From contig MCFE01000170.1 in the NCBI GenBank assembly GCA_002104905.1, positions 62,001 through 126,000 on the forward strand: a DNA stretch of 64,000 nt. Reading direction: 5' to 3'. Positions 25,751 to 38,293 of the stretch are shown piece after piece. How positions within the stretch are numbered: the stretch's first letter is position 1; each line of letters opens with the position of its first letter. Origin of the DNA: Basidiobolus meristosporus CBS 931.73. Lineage: Eukaryota; Fungi; Basidiobolomycota. The translations under genes and the position numbers were made by a program. The notes under the pieces are model-generated. The model had not been told where the DNA came from. It ran no database searches and worked only from the letters and a program-made list of their open reading frames with translations.

Positions 25751-28430
25751 GTGAAGTAGATGGGTATATTCCATCTGCCATGATCTTGTGGCCCAGGAAC
25801 AACAATTTTGTATACAGGAAATGGCACTTCTTGGGATGTAGTTTGAGTTGGTTCTTGAGGAGGGCTGTCAGGATATGTTGCATGTTATGTGTATGTTCTT
25901 CTACATTGGGGGAATATATTGTGATGCTGTCCAGATACACAAGAGCGCATTCCCATTGTAGATTTCCTAATTACTTGGTTCTTAGAGAATACTTGGGCAA
26001 GCGGGCGTATTCCTTCTAGGAACTTGTCTTGTAATGCATGCAGTAGACCAGGGTCCACATCTAGTTTGGGGAGTTCTTCTTCTGGTTCCTTGTTTGTAGG
26101 TGGTCCTTAGTTGTTGCCATCAACTTCCTCTAGGTTTAACAATGGCACTCCTCTAGGCAATGTCACCATGTGTTGCCCATTGTTAACCACTAAGCACTTC
26201 AGACTTTGTGTTTCAAATTTTGGTGGTATCCATACTTTAGGGATCAAGATTCCTTCCAGTTGCTTGGATGCCTTTGCTGTGGTTATCATTCTTCTGCTTG
26301 TCAAATAAGCTATTGGTGTCTCTAATGAGATCACTGTATCACTGGCGGGTGGTATTCTTATCACCTTTTGTGTGATGATTGGAGACTGCAATGGTTTCAC
26401 CTCTTCAATTGTCATGCTGTTGCTATGTGCCTTGCTCTCACTGGTAATATGAATCAGTGGGATACTCTTGGTATCCCACCTGAGTTCAGATGCACTGAAA
26501 AGTATATCTATCTTGTGTTGGATAAACCAACTCTCACCAATGAGTAAGTTGTTGGCTGTGCTGGGTAGAACCAGAACATCTTAATGTATAATCAAGTTGC
26601 CTAGCTGGATAGGGCAATTAGGCACCACTCCTACTGTTGTGTCCAGTTGGTCATTTGCTAGCTGTACCCAAATGGTGTTGTTGGGGACTATATCTAACTT
26701 TAGATGTTTTGCTAATGATTATTACATGATCAACGTACAGGATCCTGTGTCAATAAGGGCAAGAATCTCCTTACTCTCTATACGTACCTTTACGTATGAG
26801 CCTTTATTTGGTTTTTGCAGGACTGTCTGGTTGACATGAAGAGTCATTATCTCCTTCAATCCCTCTATCAATTCCTTGACAAAAGCCAAGGCCAGTCCCA
26901 GTAAATTGGTTTTTGGGAGGGTTGCCTTGGTTTGCTCTAGTACTTTCATTATGGGGAATAGGCTGTGGGGAGATGTATTAGCGTTCTTTGTTCACTTCAA
27001 CACTCCTTCCCAAGGCTCATTCTTTACCTCTTCACCTAATCCCGTGTACTTTCCATTTGACAGAGCCTCTACTACAGGTTCCTTTGCCTCCTCTCTAGAA
27101 GCATCATGTTGATGCTTCTTCTTCTGTACTTTGACTGTTCTGACCGGAGGGCTTAAGTTGACTGAGTCCTGTTGGCCTCCTGGCAAGGGACTCTGTCTTT
27201 TGATGCCTTCTTCTCTTTTGTGTCTGGTACGGGTTCTTGTCCGTACCATTTACAAATTTGTGGGCTCAGTGGCCTACTTTTCCACATACATAACACGGGT
27301 ACTGTTGTTGTGGTTGTTCCATCTGTTTGGTCAGGGCTTGTACCTGGGCCTTTAAATCTACAACTGCTTCCCAGAGTTTATCACCTTCTTTGGGGACTTC
27401 TTGGACATTGTTGATTGAGAGTTCTTGGACCTTTTGCCGTAATTCCTCTAACCCACAGTCTTTTGGGGAGGCATTTTTTCCTTTCTTACAGGGGATCCCT
27501 GTCCTTTGATCATTTGTATCACTATAGGGTAGCCCCCATAGCAAGACAACCCCTCATACTTGTTTGACCAACTCTTGCAACATTTTACATCCCTGTTGTT
27601 CTTTGGATGCCCTACATCCTATTTTGTTGTCTAAGCCCATGATGTAATACCTCATGAGCTGTTGTTTGGCAATTTTGTTCTTTGGGAGACATCAAAGTTG
27701 TTAGAGAAACAGTTCAGTGTAGGCTTCATAGCTCTCACTGCTTTTCTTCCGTGAGGACAGTAGAAGGGCTTTGTAGTGGTATCCTTTGGCATATAGAAAG
27801 AGTGTCTTGTAGGCTTCTTCTAGTGCATCCCAGTTGTCTTTAACTGCATCTTCCAACCCATAATGCCATTGCCATGCTGACCCTTCCATATGTCCTGCAA
27901 ACTCCCTTACTTTCTTATTGTTGTCCCATCCTGCATCAACCGCAACTCTCGCAAACTTATTGAACCACTCAAGGGCTTTCCCTCTCTTTCCCTTGTACAT
28001 TTTTAGTTTGATTGTAGTAGTCATTACCTCACTTGTGCTTATTTCCACAGAGATGGCACCAAATATGTGGGTTATTACTGTCTGCACTTTATGAGTGGGA
28101 GAGCTTGTAGGTCAAGTCAGTACTACTTGGTTAAGAATAGCTTCCAATAGAAGGTAGCATGGTAATAAAGACTTGTGTTTATTCAGTCCCAATCCCCTTC
28201 ACTTAGTTCAATTGGGTGCATATATTTATCACTTGGGGGGCTTAGATAATAGACAATGTGTTATAAAATAGGGGTGTGAACACCTTCCTGTTATGGTAAG
28301 TGTTCTAACTAGATAAGGGCAGGGATGGGAGGGAGGGCATGTTGGGGTATCATAGGGAGGATACTGGGGGACTTTGGGTAGGACTCTGGGGAGAACTCTT
28401 GGGCAAAGAGTGGGTACTGCATTTAGTACT
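25750..28430 (-). mobile_element. Truncated Ty3/gypsy element, second family (gag, PR, partial RT, probable LTR remnant 28140-28430)
   Basis: Gag (ALEWFNKF..SAWQWH), CYVCGKVGH knuckle, ALIDTGSC protease, YLDS..KLHPKKCHF..FLGH RT. Confidence 0.8.
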
Positions 28431-28432
28431 CA

Positions 28433-28873
28433 CATCTGGCACTATAATTTCTACCATAATGCCAGTGGTAGAATATAGTTACTGGCAATTTTATTCAATT
28501 GTACTTATGTTGCTCAGGATAGTGCTTTCCTTGCTTTATTTACTCTTCATAATTCTCCAGACACATTTCTCTCAGTGGATGTCATCTTGTATGAATATAT
28601 TGTGCATTAATAAGTAGACTTGTTGTGTTGAATAGTGCCATATAGTGCCTGCTTTTTATAGTGCCAGATTGATCTGGCACCCTATGGCACCATCTGGCAC
28701 TATGATTTCTACCATAATGCCAGTGGTAGGATATAGTTACTGGTAATTTTATTTAATCTTACTTATGATGCTCAGAATAGTGCTTTCCTTGCTTTATTTA
28801 CTTATCATAATGCTACAGACATGTTTCTCTCAGTGGATGTCTTCTTGCATGAATATACTGTGCATTGATAAGT
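28433..28873. repeat. Imperfect 183-bp direct repeat (28433-28615 and 28691-28873)
   Basis: Both copies begin CATCTGGCACTAT and end ATAAGT; they correspond to the 3' region of the PHIS transposon. Confidence 0.9.
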
Positions 28874-30470
28874 ATCATAACTATTTTACCTATTCTGCTG
28901 TTTTTTCCTATATATGACTTTCCTCTGTATTTACCTGCCAATGTGCTGAATCTCTTCAAGTATCCAAATGTATGCTCTACCCTCACTCTGAAATGACTAA
29001 ATATCTCATTGTAGAGCTTCTGCTTCCTGCTAAGCACACCATTTCTTGGATTCCTATAAGCTGTAATACATCCTTATCTCTCATAATCCTCTCCTATATA
29101 AGTTAAGTCTGCCATATATCTCTCCACTCTACTGAATGATTCTCTACCCAGAGTGCTTTGTCATACCTACTTTCAGCAAATGGCCCACTAAACCAGCTGA
29201 TGTTACCCTCAATGTCTAACAGTGCTTGAAACTTCATGCAGTGTGCCTTGTACTTGCCAGTATAAAAGTGCCTCTGCCCTCTAGAAGGTCTGTTTAGGCT
29301 AAATACCAAAAAGTTCTTTGCAGATATTCAGGTGGTATTCATGGTAGAAGTAGTGGCAACCAAGCATATGTTTGCAAGATATATATGTTACCAGCAATAC
29401 AGGGTATATGGCAACTTTGCAACTATCACACTAAAAAGCCATGAAGCTGAGGTGATAGAAGGATGTCAATTGCAGCAGGTGTGCATGTTTGTAGAGGTTA
29501 GTAAGCAGGAGGCCATAGTATTTTTTGATTCAAACTATATGTGGAATACCTAAGGTAGTGGTGGGTAAGCAAATAAAGAGGGGTGATTCTACAGCAGAGT
29601 ATATGACTTGTGCCATGGGAGGTAGAAAAAGGAAATGCCATTTAGTAAAATGGTATGGTAGCAATATACAGAACTAGCTGTAGGCTGCCATACTGCCATG
29701 ATAATGCCATCAGAGGCATGCAATGAGGCCATCAAAGCACTGTCAAGTTTTTTGCCATATAAGTCAATAAGATATACTTGCCAGTTAGATCTGTCACAAT
29801 CACATGTCATCCCTGGTCTCCAATTATCTAGCCAAGTCAAGTCAGTGAAGAAATCCCACTTCCTTCCAGAAAGTTCTGCTACATTCTAGCAACTTCTTGA
29901 AAGCTCCAAGTCAACATTACACAATGGAACATTCTATGGAAGCTTCCCATTGGAGTTTATGTAGTCCAATGCCATATATGGTAACTACTTGTCACATGAC
30001 CTAGTCACATGATCATCTGACCCCTGACATATCTCCATGTGATATTCCAGTCTGTTCTTTAGTATATTCTATCTTGGCACACTTACTCTGCCTCACCCCA
30101 GAACCCCATCAGTATTAGCCTATATCTCTTGGCATCCATATTGCCAAAAAGTATATATAGTCCTATCCTCCCATATGTATTCCTCAGTCTGATAAACACA
30201 GGTCTTGAATAAACAGCCTTGCCTTGGAAATCTGCCTTGCCTTGTTGATCCACACCTAAGCCCTTTCCTGGTCCTGCCTTGCCTAGCCCTACTCTTCTGC
30301 CTTGTGTCTATTCATAACAAGATCCACTCAAATAGCTGCAGAGTGCACTAAGATTGTAACAATGCTATGCCACTCTTGGCTAAGCACTGTACAAGCACAG
30401 TTATGTTTTTCATTTTGATTTGGCTGTAAAATTAGCCAAATGCTGTTATGATCCCATCATAGGATTGTGT
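28616..30470 (-). mobile_element. PHIS-superfamily (DDE_Tnp_4) DNA transposon copy P2, decayed
   Basis: NRPSRGQRHFYTGKYKAHCMKFQALLDIEG..SGPF..YD and RVRVEHTFGYLKRF motifs; terminus AGACTTGTT at 28616 preceded by AGT; the other end was not found, so the right coordinate is approximate. Confidence 0.82.
29792..30319 (+). repeat. Solo LTR, family E (528 bp)
   Basis: TGTCAC...ATAACA termini; perfect 5-bp TSD AGATC (29787-29791, 30320-30324); TATATA and AATAAA inside. Confidence 0.85.
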
Positions 30471-30479
30471 AGATGGTCA

Positions 30480-33400
30480 TTGATTCCAAGCTGCCAATAT
30501 TATAGTGGTCTCCTCATGAGATCTTGATGGCTGTTCAAGAATGGATCCTCCTGCAAGACCAAATTAATTTTCATAGGGTTATTTTTTCACCAGTTTCTCT
30601 CTCTGCTGTGTCTTTGAGCTCCTTAGACTCTGACAGAGCTTCTACCTTTCTTTGTATGAGGTAGCCATGCAAGTATCTTGTATAATCATCAATAAAAGTG
30701 ATTAAATACTTCAGCCTGCCTAAGGATAAGCTTGCATTGGTCCACACAGATCTTGTGAATTAGATCTAATTTTAGCTTAGTTTTGATTAGCTCCAAGCTC
30801 TGAGATAGTTGACTGGCTTATTTTCTATATATGCAGACTTCACAGTGCTCCAAATTTGCTGGGGGATCATATTTACTCTGAAATTTGCTAATCTTTGACC
30901 ATTTTGTGCCAATAATCAAAATTGATGTGTCCAAATTTCCAGTGCTAAGGCATTGATGTTTCTTCCTTCAAGTTACTTGTATTGGCTTCCAGATGTGATG
31001 GAATATAAGTCAACTTGTCTAGATTCTGATCTCTGATACCCAAAACAATATGAGAGCCATTTTGATTAGTGATCCTGAATCCAGATTTGCAAAAACTGAA
31101 ACTAAGTCCTTCTGCAGTAGCCTTGCTTATGGAGAGTGGGTTCTTTGTTATTTCTGATACATAGAGTACTTCTTTGAAGGTTAGTGTGTGGCTTCTTTCA
31201 CTGCTTCTGGTTCACTTGGATATCTCCTTCCCCAACAGCATTAACTGTCCTATTGTCTTCTATGAAAACCTTCTTCAATGGGATTTCTTGGTATTGGGTA
31301 AAAAATTCATTTTGGTGTGATAGTGTTGAGGTGCTCCAAGTTAATATGCCGCATCTGAGAATCCTGTATATGGTCATATTTAGTGTAGATATGAATAGTC
31401 TATCTTCAGTTGTTGCCACATTTTCATATGCAGGCTTCTTTTGCTTACTATCACTCTTATTGAGGCACTAATCTGATATGTGACCCTTACTTATGTTGTA
31501 AAAATTTGTATTTCCACCTAAATATTCACCTAACTTAGTCACTTATATCATTGCCTTCAAATCCTAGAGAATACTGACCAAATTCCTTGTTGGGATTTAC
31601 TTAGAATATTTTCACCAAAATACCAGGTACCCAGAACATGACAATTCTCAAAGTTGTCCAAACAGCCCCAAACTTTGCACACGTGATCTTGGGACCTTCC
31701 TTAACCTATTCTATGTGTTTGTAATGCCAAGACCATGTAAAAGTATAAATACTACTTTTGCGTTCAATAAATCATTAAGTGAAAACCACATAATCTACTT
31801 GTTCTCCCAATCACTTCCAATATCTCCAAGACTCTTACAACAGGTTATGAGCCCCAAGCTGTCACTTGCTGCAATGTCTACTACTGCTATTACTGGAATT
31901 CTTCCCTCTGCTGAAAAGTTGGACAGTTCTAACAACCATGTGTGGAAGGTGAAGATGAAGATGCTGCTATAAGAAAGAGGCCTTTGGGATATTGTCATGG
32001 GAGAAGAATGCCCTCCTAAAAATGTGGGAGAGGAAGCCTCAAAGTACCAGAAGAAAGAACAAAGTGCCTTTAACTACATTTGCCTTAGTGTTAAAGACAA
32101 ATTGCTAATTAAATGCTCAAGAGCAAAAACGGCAAAGAATGCCTGGAAGGCATTAGAAGACACCTACCAGTCATGTTCAGCTGCTAAGAAAATGTATCTG
32201 AGACAAAAATTCTTTACTACAAAGATGCTGCCAGGAGAAGAAATGAAAAATCTAATTAACAGAATTACCCTGCTGGTAGATGAGATGGAATCTGTGGGTG
32301 TACCAACTACTGATGAGGATGTGATAGTTACCATCCTGAATAGCCTGACTGACAAGTTTCAGGGCCTTGTATCAGCCTTAGAGTCCAGAACTGAAGATTT
32401 GACCTGAAATTATGTATATGGAAAGCTCCTGGATGAAGAATTAAGAAAATCAAGCGCCAATAAGAAGGAAGAAGAAAATGCTTTAATAAGCAATGATAAC
32501 CAACAAAGGAGGTACCCAAGAGCCTACAAAGGCAACAGCAACCTGTTTTGCAGCTACTGCAAAAGGAAAGGACACACATCAGACTGGTGTCTTGAAAAGA
32601 AAGATAATCAGCAAAAGAAGCCTGAATATTGAAATGCTGCTACAACTGAAGATAGACTATTCATATCTGCACTAAATATGACCACAAACAAGGATTCTCA
32701 GATGTGGTATATTGACTCTGGAGCATCTCAACACTTTACACACCAAAAAGAACTTTTTACCCAATATCAAGAAATTCCAATCAAGAAGGTTTTCATGGGT
32801 GACAATAGAACACTTGATGCAGTGGGTGAAGGAACTATCCAAGTAAACCTTAGAAGCAGTGAAGGAAGCCATACACTGACCTTTAAAGAAGTACTCAATG
32901 TAACAGAAATAGCCAAGAACCTACTCTCAGTAAGCAAGGCCACAGCAGAAGGACTCAGTTTCAGTTTTGACAATTCTGGATGCAGGATCACTGATCAAGA
33001 CGGTGCCCATATTGCTTTGGGCATCAGAGATCAGAATCTATACAGGTTGACTTATATTCCATCATATTTAGAAGCCAATATAAGTAACTTAAATGAAGAA
33101 ACACCAATGCTTTGGCATAGGAGATTTGGACACATTGATTTTGATTATTTGTGTAAAATGAACAAAGATCAGCTAATTTCTGGAGTGAAAATTGATCCCC
33201 CAGCTAATTTGGAGCACTGTGAAGTCTGCATATATGGGAAACAAGCCAGACAACTGTTCAAGAGCTCTGGGTTAATCAAAACTAAGAAAAAATTAGTTCT
33301 AATTCACTCAGATCTGTGTGGACCTATGCAAAATTTATCCTTAGGCTGGATGAAGTATTTAAATAGTTTTAATGATGATGATACAAGATACACATGGGTC

Positions 33401-36400
33401 TACTTCATGGAGAGAAAGGAAGAAGCTCTGTTTAAGCTCAGGGAGTTTAAAGCCATGGTGGAGAGAGAAACTGGTGAAAAAATCAAGAAAATACACTCTG
33501 ACAATGGTGGAGAATATACCTCAAAAATCTTCATCCACTTCTGCAAAATTCATGGGATAAAGCAACAGACTACTGTACCATACTCCCCACAGCAAAATGG
33601 AGTAGCAGAACAAGCTAACAGATCAATAATTGATATGTTAAGATCTATGATCCGTGATCAAAAATTATCCTATGATTTTTGAGCGGAATCAGTTGCCACT
33701 GCTGTATACCTTAAAAATAGGAGTTATAACAGAATACTTCGTGATTCTACTCCATTTGAAGCATAGTATGGATACAGACCAGGTACATAACATCTAAGAA
33801 TATTTGGGTGTACAGCATATGGCAAAAAACTGGCCGGAAATCAGTAAAAATTTGAGCCAAAAAGTGTAAAATGCATATTTTTGGGCTACTGCAAAGAGAG
33901 TGAAGCATACAGACTCTACAATACCAAAGCAAAGAAGCTGATCAAGTCCAGGGATGTGTTGTTTGATGAAAACTCAAAATTTTCACAAAAAATGACATCA
34001 GATGATGACAAAAATTTGATCTCAAGTCCACCAATTGTCAGGATTGAATCAGAGCAAAACAATGAAAATTTTTTCACTCCAGAGGACTCTACAACCGTGG
34101 TTCAGCCAGAATCAGTGCCCAGGAATATCCCAGAAGTGATCATTCCAGTATCAAATGCCCAGAGATCCAATTGGACAAGAAATAGCCCAAATTACTCTAT
34201 CAATGAGGGTACAAACTTAGCCTATGCCTATTCAGTCCATATTGATGAGCACCAGACTGTAAAAGAGGCCTTAAATAGCCCTTGGACAAAGTTTTGGAGA
34301 TCTGCAATGACTGAGGAATATCAGGCCCTGATGGAAAATCAAACTTGGGACTTAGTCAAATTACCAATCAACCAAAATTCAATTGGATGCAGATGGGTCT
34401 TCAAGACAAAATACAAGGCTGATGGTACAACTGAAAGATACAAAGCTAGACTTGTAGCCAAAGGATACTCTCAAACCAAAGGATTTGACTATACTGAGAC
34501 CTTTGCACCGGTAGCCAAGTTTAATTCCATCAGATTAATATTGGCTATTGCAGCCAAATGTAAGTTTTTTATTCATCAAATGGATGTAAAAACTGCATTT
34601 TTGAATGGAGAACTTGATGAGGATGTTTGTATGGACCAGCCTGATGGGTTTGTCAACCAAGATAACCCCCATTTGGTCTGCAAGCTTAAAAAGTCACTAT
34701 ATGGTCGCAAACAACCACCAAGAGCCTGGAATTGCAATATAGATTCTTATTTGGAATCTTTGAGTTTCAGAAGAAGTAATGCTGACTATAGTATATACTA
34801 TAAGCCTGATAGAGCAAATCCAGTTCTATTAGCTCTATATGTGGCTGATCTTATTATAGCCGCCAATAACCTAGAAACATTGGAAGAGACCAAATCCAGC
34901 CTATCTAAGGAGTTCAAGATGTCCAATCTAGGAGAGCTTAGTTACTACTTAGGGATTAAGTTCTCCATAGACAGAAGTACCCAGACTATCACCCTAAGCC
35001 AATCCAAGTATATTCAAGATATACTAAAGAAGTACAAAATGGAAGACTGTAAACTGGCAGCTACCCCAATGGAGACAAACCTTAGCTTGGTCAAAACTCA
35101 ACCAAATCAAGAGAGCTTGGTGCCATCTGAAAGCCCTGACTTTCCTTATCAATCTATGGTTGGCAGTCTGATGTATATCATGCTTGGAACACGTCCAGAT
35201 ATCTCATATTCAGTGGGAGTTGTCAGCCAACATAATCAGAACTATGGATCTGATCATATTGCAGCAGTTAAGCGGATTTTTAGATACCTAAAAGGAACTA
35301 CTGATATCTGCTTAAGATACACTTATAAGGATTCAGAACAGGATCTTGTGGGATACTCTGATGCTGATTGAGGACAAAATTTAGAAGACAGAAGATCCAC
35401 CACAGGATACACCTTTCTTTACTGTAAAGGAGCAATTTCATGGAATTCAAGAAAGCAACCAACTGTAGCGCTTTCCACCACAGAGGCAGAATATATGGCA
35501 GCCTGTGAAGCTACAAAAGAAGCAATGTGGTTAAGAAAGCTTTTTACAGATTTAGGCCTATGTCAAAAAACGCCTATTACTTTCTTTCAACATAATAAAG
35601 GATGTATACAATTAGATAGAAATCCAACTTTTCATGCTAGAACCAAGCACATAGATATTAGTTATCATTTCATATGTGAAGCTATAGAGAATAACTTAGC
35701 TAGCTTAGTTTACTGTCCTACAGATGAAATGATTGCAGACATATTTACCAAACCATTAGCTAGAGACAAGTTTGAATATCTTAGGTCAAAATTAGGACTA
35801 GTCAGTATGAACATTTAGCTGAGTGGGAGTGTTGTAAAAATTTGTATTTCCACCTAAATATTCACCTAACTTAGTCACTTAGATCATCACCTTCAAATCC
35901 TAAAGAATACTGACCAAATTCCTTGTTGGGATTTACTTAGAATATTTTCAGCAAAATACCAGGTACCCAGAACATGAAAATTCTCAAAGTTGTCCAAACA
36001 GCCCCAAACTTTGCACACATGTTCTTGGGACCTTCCTTAACCTATTCTATGTGTTTGTAATGCCAAGATCATGTAAAAGTATAAATACTACTTTTACATT
36101 CAATTAATCATTAAGTGAAAACCACATAATCTACTTGTTCTCCAAATCACTTCCAATATCTCCAAGACTCTTACAACAACTTATGCATTAGTTGTAAGAC
36201 AGATTGTTGTTTCCTTTGAGGGGTCCTGAGTACCTCTTTTGTTGTTTATCATTGCTTATTAAAGTATTTTCTTCTTCCTTCTTATTTGCACTTGATTGCC
36301 TTAATTCTTCATCCTGGAGCCTTATATATGCATAATTTAAGGCAAAATCTTCATTTTTGGACTCTAGGGCTGATACAAGGCTCAGCAATTTGGTTGTCAG

Positions 36401-37248
36401 GCTATTCAGGATGGCAACTATAGCATTTTCATCAGTAGTTGGTGTGCTTACAGGTTCCATATCATCAACCAACAGGGTAATTCTGTTAATTAGATTTTTC
36501 ATTTCTTCTCCTGGCAGGATCTTTGTAGCAAGGAATTCTCTTCTAAGATGCATTTTCTTGGTAGCTGAACATGACTGGTAGATGTCTTCTAATACCTTCC
36601 AGGAATTCTTTGCTGCTTTTGCTCTTGAGCATTGAATTATTAATTTGTCTTTGACATTAAAGCAACTGTAGTTAAAGGCACACTGTTCTTACTTCTAGTA
36701 CTTAAAGGCTTCTTCTCTGACATTTTTGGGAGAGCATTCTTCTCCCATAACCATATCCCCAAGGTCTTTTTCTTGTAGCAGCATCTTCATCTTCACCTTC
36801 CACGCTTAGTAGTATGATCCATCCAACTTTTCAGTACAGGGAAAGTTCCAGTAATGGCAGTAGAAGACATTGCAGAGAGTGACAGCTTGGGGCTCATAAC
36901 CTGTTGTAAGAGCCTTGGAGATATTGGAAGTGATGAGGAGAACAAGTAGATTATGTGGATTTCACTTAATGATGTATTGAATATAAAGTAGTATTTATAG
37001 TTTTACATGGTCCTGGTAGAATAACCACATAGAATATGCTTAGGAAGGTCACAAAAGCATATACACAAAGTTTGGGGCTGTTTGGACAACTTTGCAAACT
37101 TCATGTTCTGGGTACCTGATGTTTTGGTGAAAATATTCCAGGTAAATTCTAACATGTAATTTGGTCAGTATTCCCTAAGATCTATAGGTAATAATCCAAG
37201 TGATTTAGTTGGGTGAATATTTAGTTGGAATTAAAAGCTTTTACAACA
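30480..37248 (-). mobile_element. Older copia family F copy (5' LTR 36902-37248, PBS 36890-36901, gag-PR-IN remnant), split by a younger copy
   Basis: The LTR is the reverse complement homolog of 31494-31842; PBS GGTTATGAGCCC; gag at 36184-36890 continues at 31493 through the zinc knuckle; left boundary approximate. Confidence 0.88.
31494..36178 (+). mobile_element. Full-length Ty1/copia element, family F (defective)
   Basis: 349-bp LTRs at 31494-31842 and 35830-36178 (~13 mismatches); TSD ACTTA; PBS GGTTATGAGCCC at 31843-31854; PPT GAGTGGGAG; WYIDSGAS, HSDLCGP, YVAD(D), RNase H with stops. Confidence 0.96.
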
Positions 37249-37491
37249 CGTTTCTGACTCACCTACCCTGAGAAAAAAATTGAGAAAAGGCTAGTAGAAA
37301 ATCAACATAATATCTGCTGAGTTCCAAGTTTCACAAAACTGACAACTGTAAATATCTCAGGTACTAGCTGTTAGGCAAACAAGCAGAAACATTTTCCAGT
37401 AGGAGACTAGGTCAGCTAGCACTCATACAAAGTTTAGTAATCAGCTGCTTATTACTTCCACCAAAAATTGCCACTGAAAATTTGAAGGAAA

Positions 37492-37548
37492 AATACCAGC
37501 TGAATACTAGCTGACTATTGGCAGAATACCAGCAGAATACCAGCTGAA
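37492..37548. repeat. Short degenerate tandem repeat, ~11-bp unit AATACCAGC(T/A)G
   Basis: About five imperfect units visible. Confidence 0.55.
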
Positions 37549-38267
37549 AATCAGGTGAATTTCAAGTTTGTGATTTCTCATAGGGCTAGTTGGCAAACAT
37601 ATTAAAAACAAAATTCGAGATATTCCAGTGATGTAAACAAAGGCTTGAATGTCAGGGAGTTGGCTAACTTGGTATGAAGTATAGCTGGGTGATATATTGG
37701 GGTAGTAACACAGTATAAGATCAGTAGATGCCCATCTCAATGTCCATCAGAGTAAAGTGAGGTAAAGATTCTTCAATGTAGTCAATAGATGACATCACTC
37801 GATGGGAATGGCAGCCACGTTGCATGTGACCTGCGGAAAGCCCTTTATAGCGGGCCTACCAACCAAGAGTCGATGGTATAGAGTTTCCCAGCCCAAGGTT
37901 TCCAAAATCCCAATTATGCAGACAGACAATGCATGTATGATCCAAACAGATCAGTTGGCTCAGGGTGGCTATGAGGATGCGGGAAGCCTTTTGGCATTTA
38001 TAGTAAGCAGTTCTGGATTGGGAAATGGTGCAGATATTTAGATCAATACTTAAAATAACCCATAGCATGGGTTCCGATGCATGCTTGATCAAGCTCCGGT
38101 GCAACCTAACTACTCCTAAAAAGGACTAGTGGGTGGTCAGTTTAGATGCCTAGCAAAATATCTGGCTAGACATTTACGTCAGTGAAGTTGCTCAGGTGAG
38201 ATTTTCATGCATGCCAATCAGCCACGTACGGCGACCATGTACAAGGACATCGCACACTGGAATCGGC

Positions 38268-38293
38268 GGGCGGTGGGCGGTGGGCGGTGGGCG
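38268..38293 (+). repeat. (GGGCGGT)x3.7 tandem repeat, canonical G-quadruplex pattern
   Basis: GGGCGGTGGGCGGTGGGCGGTGGG = G3N4G3N4G3N4G3. Confidence 0.8.
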
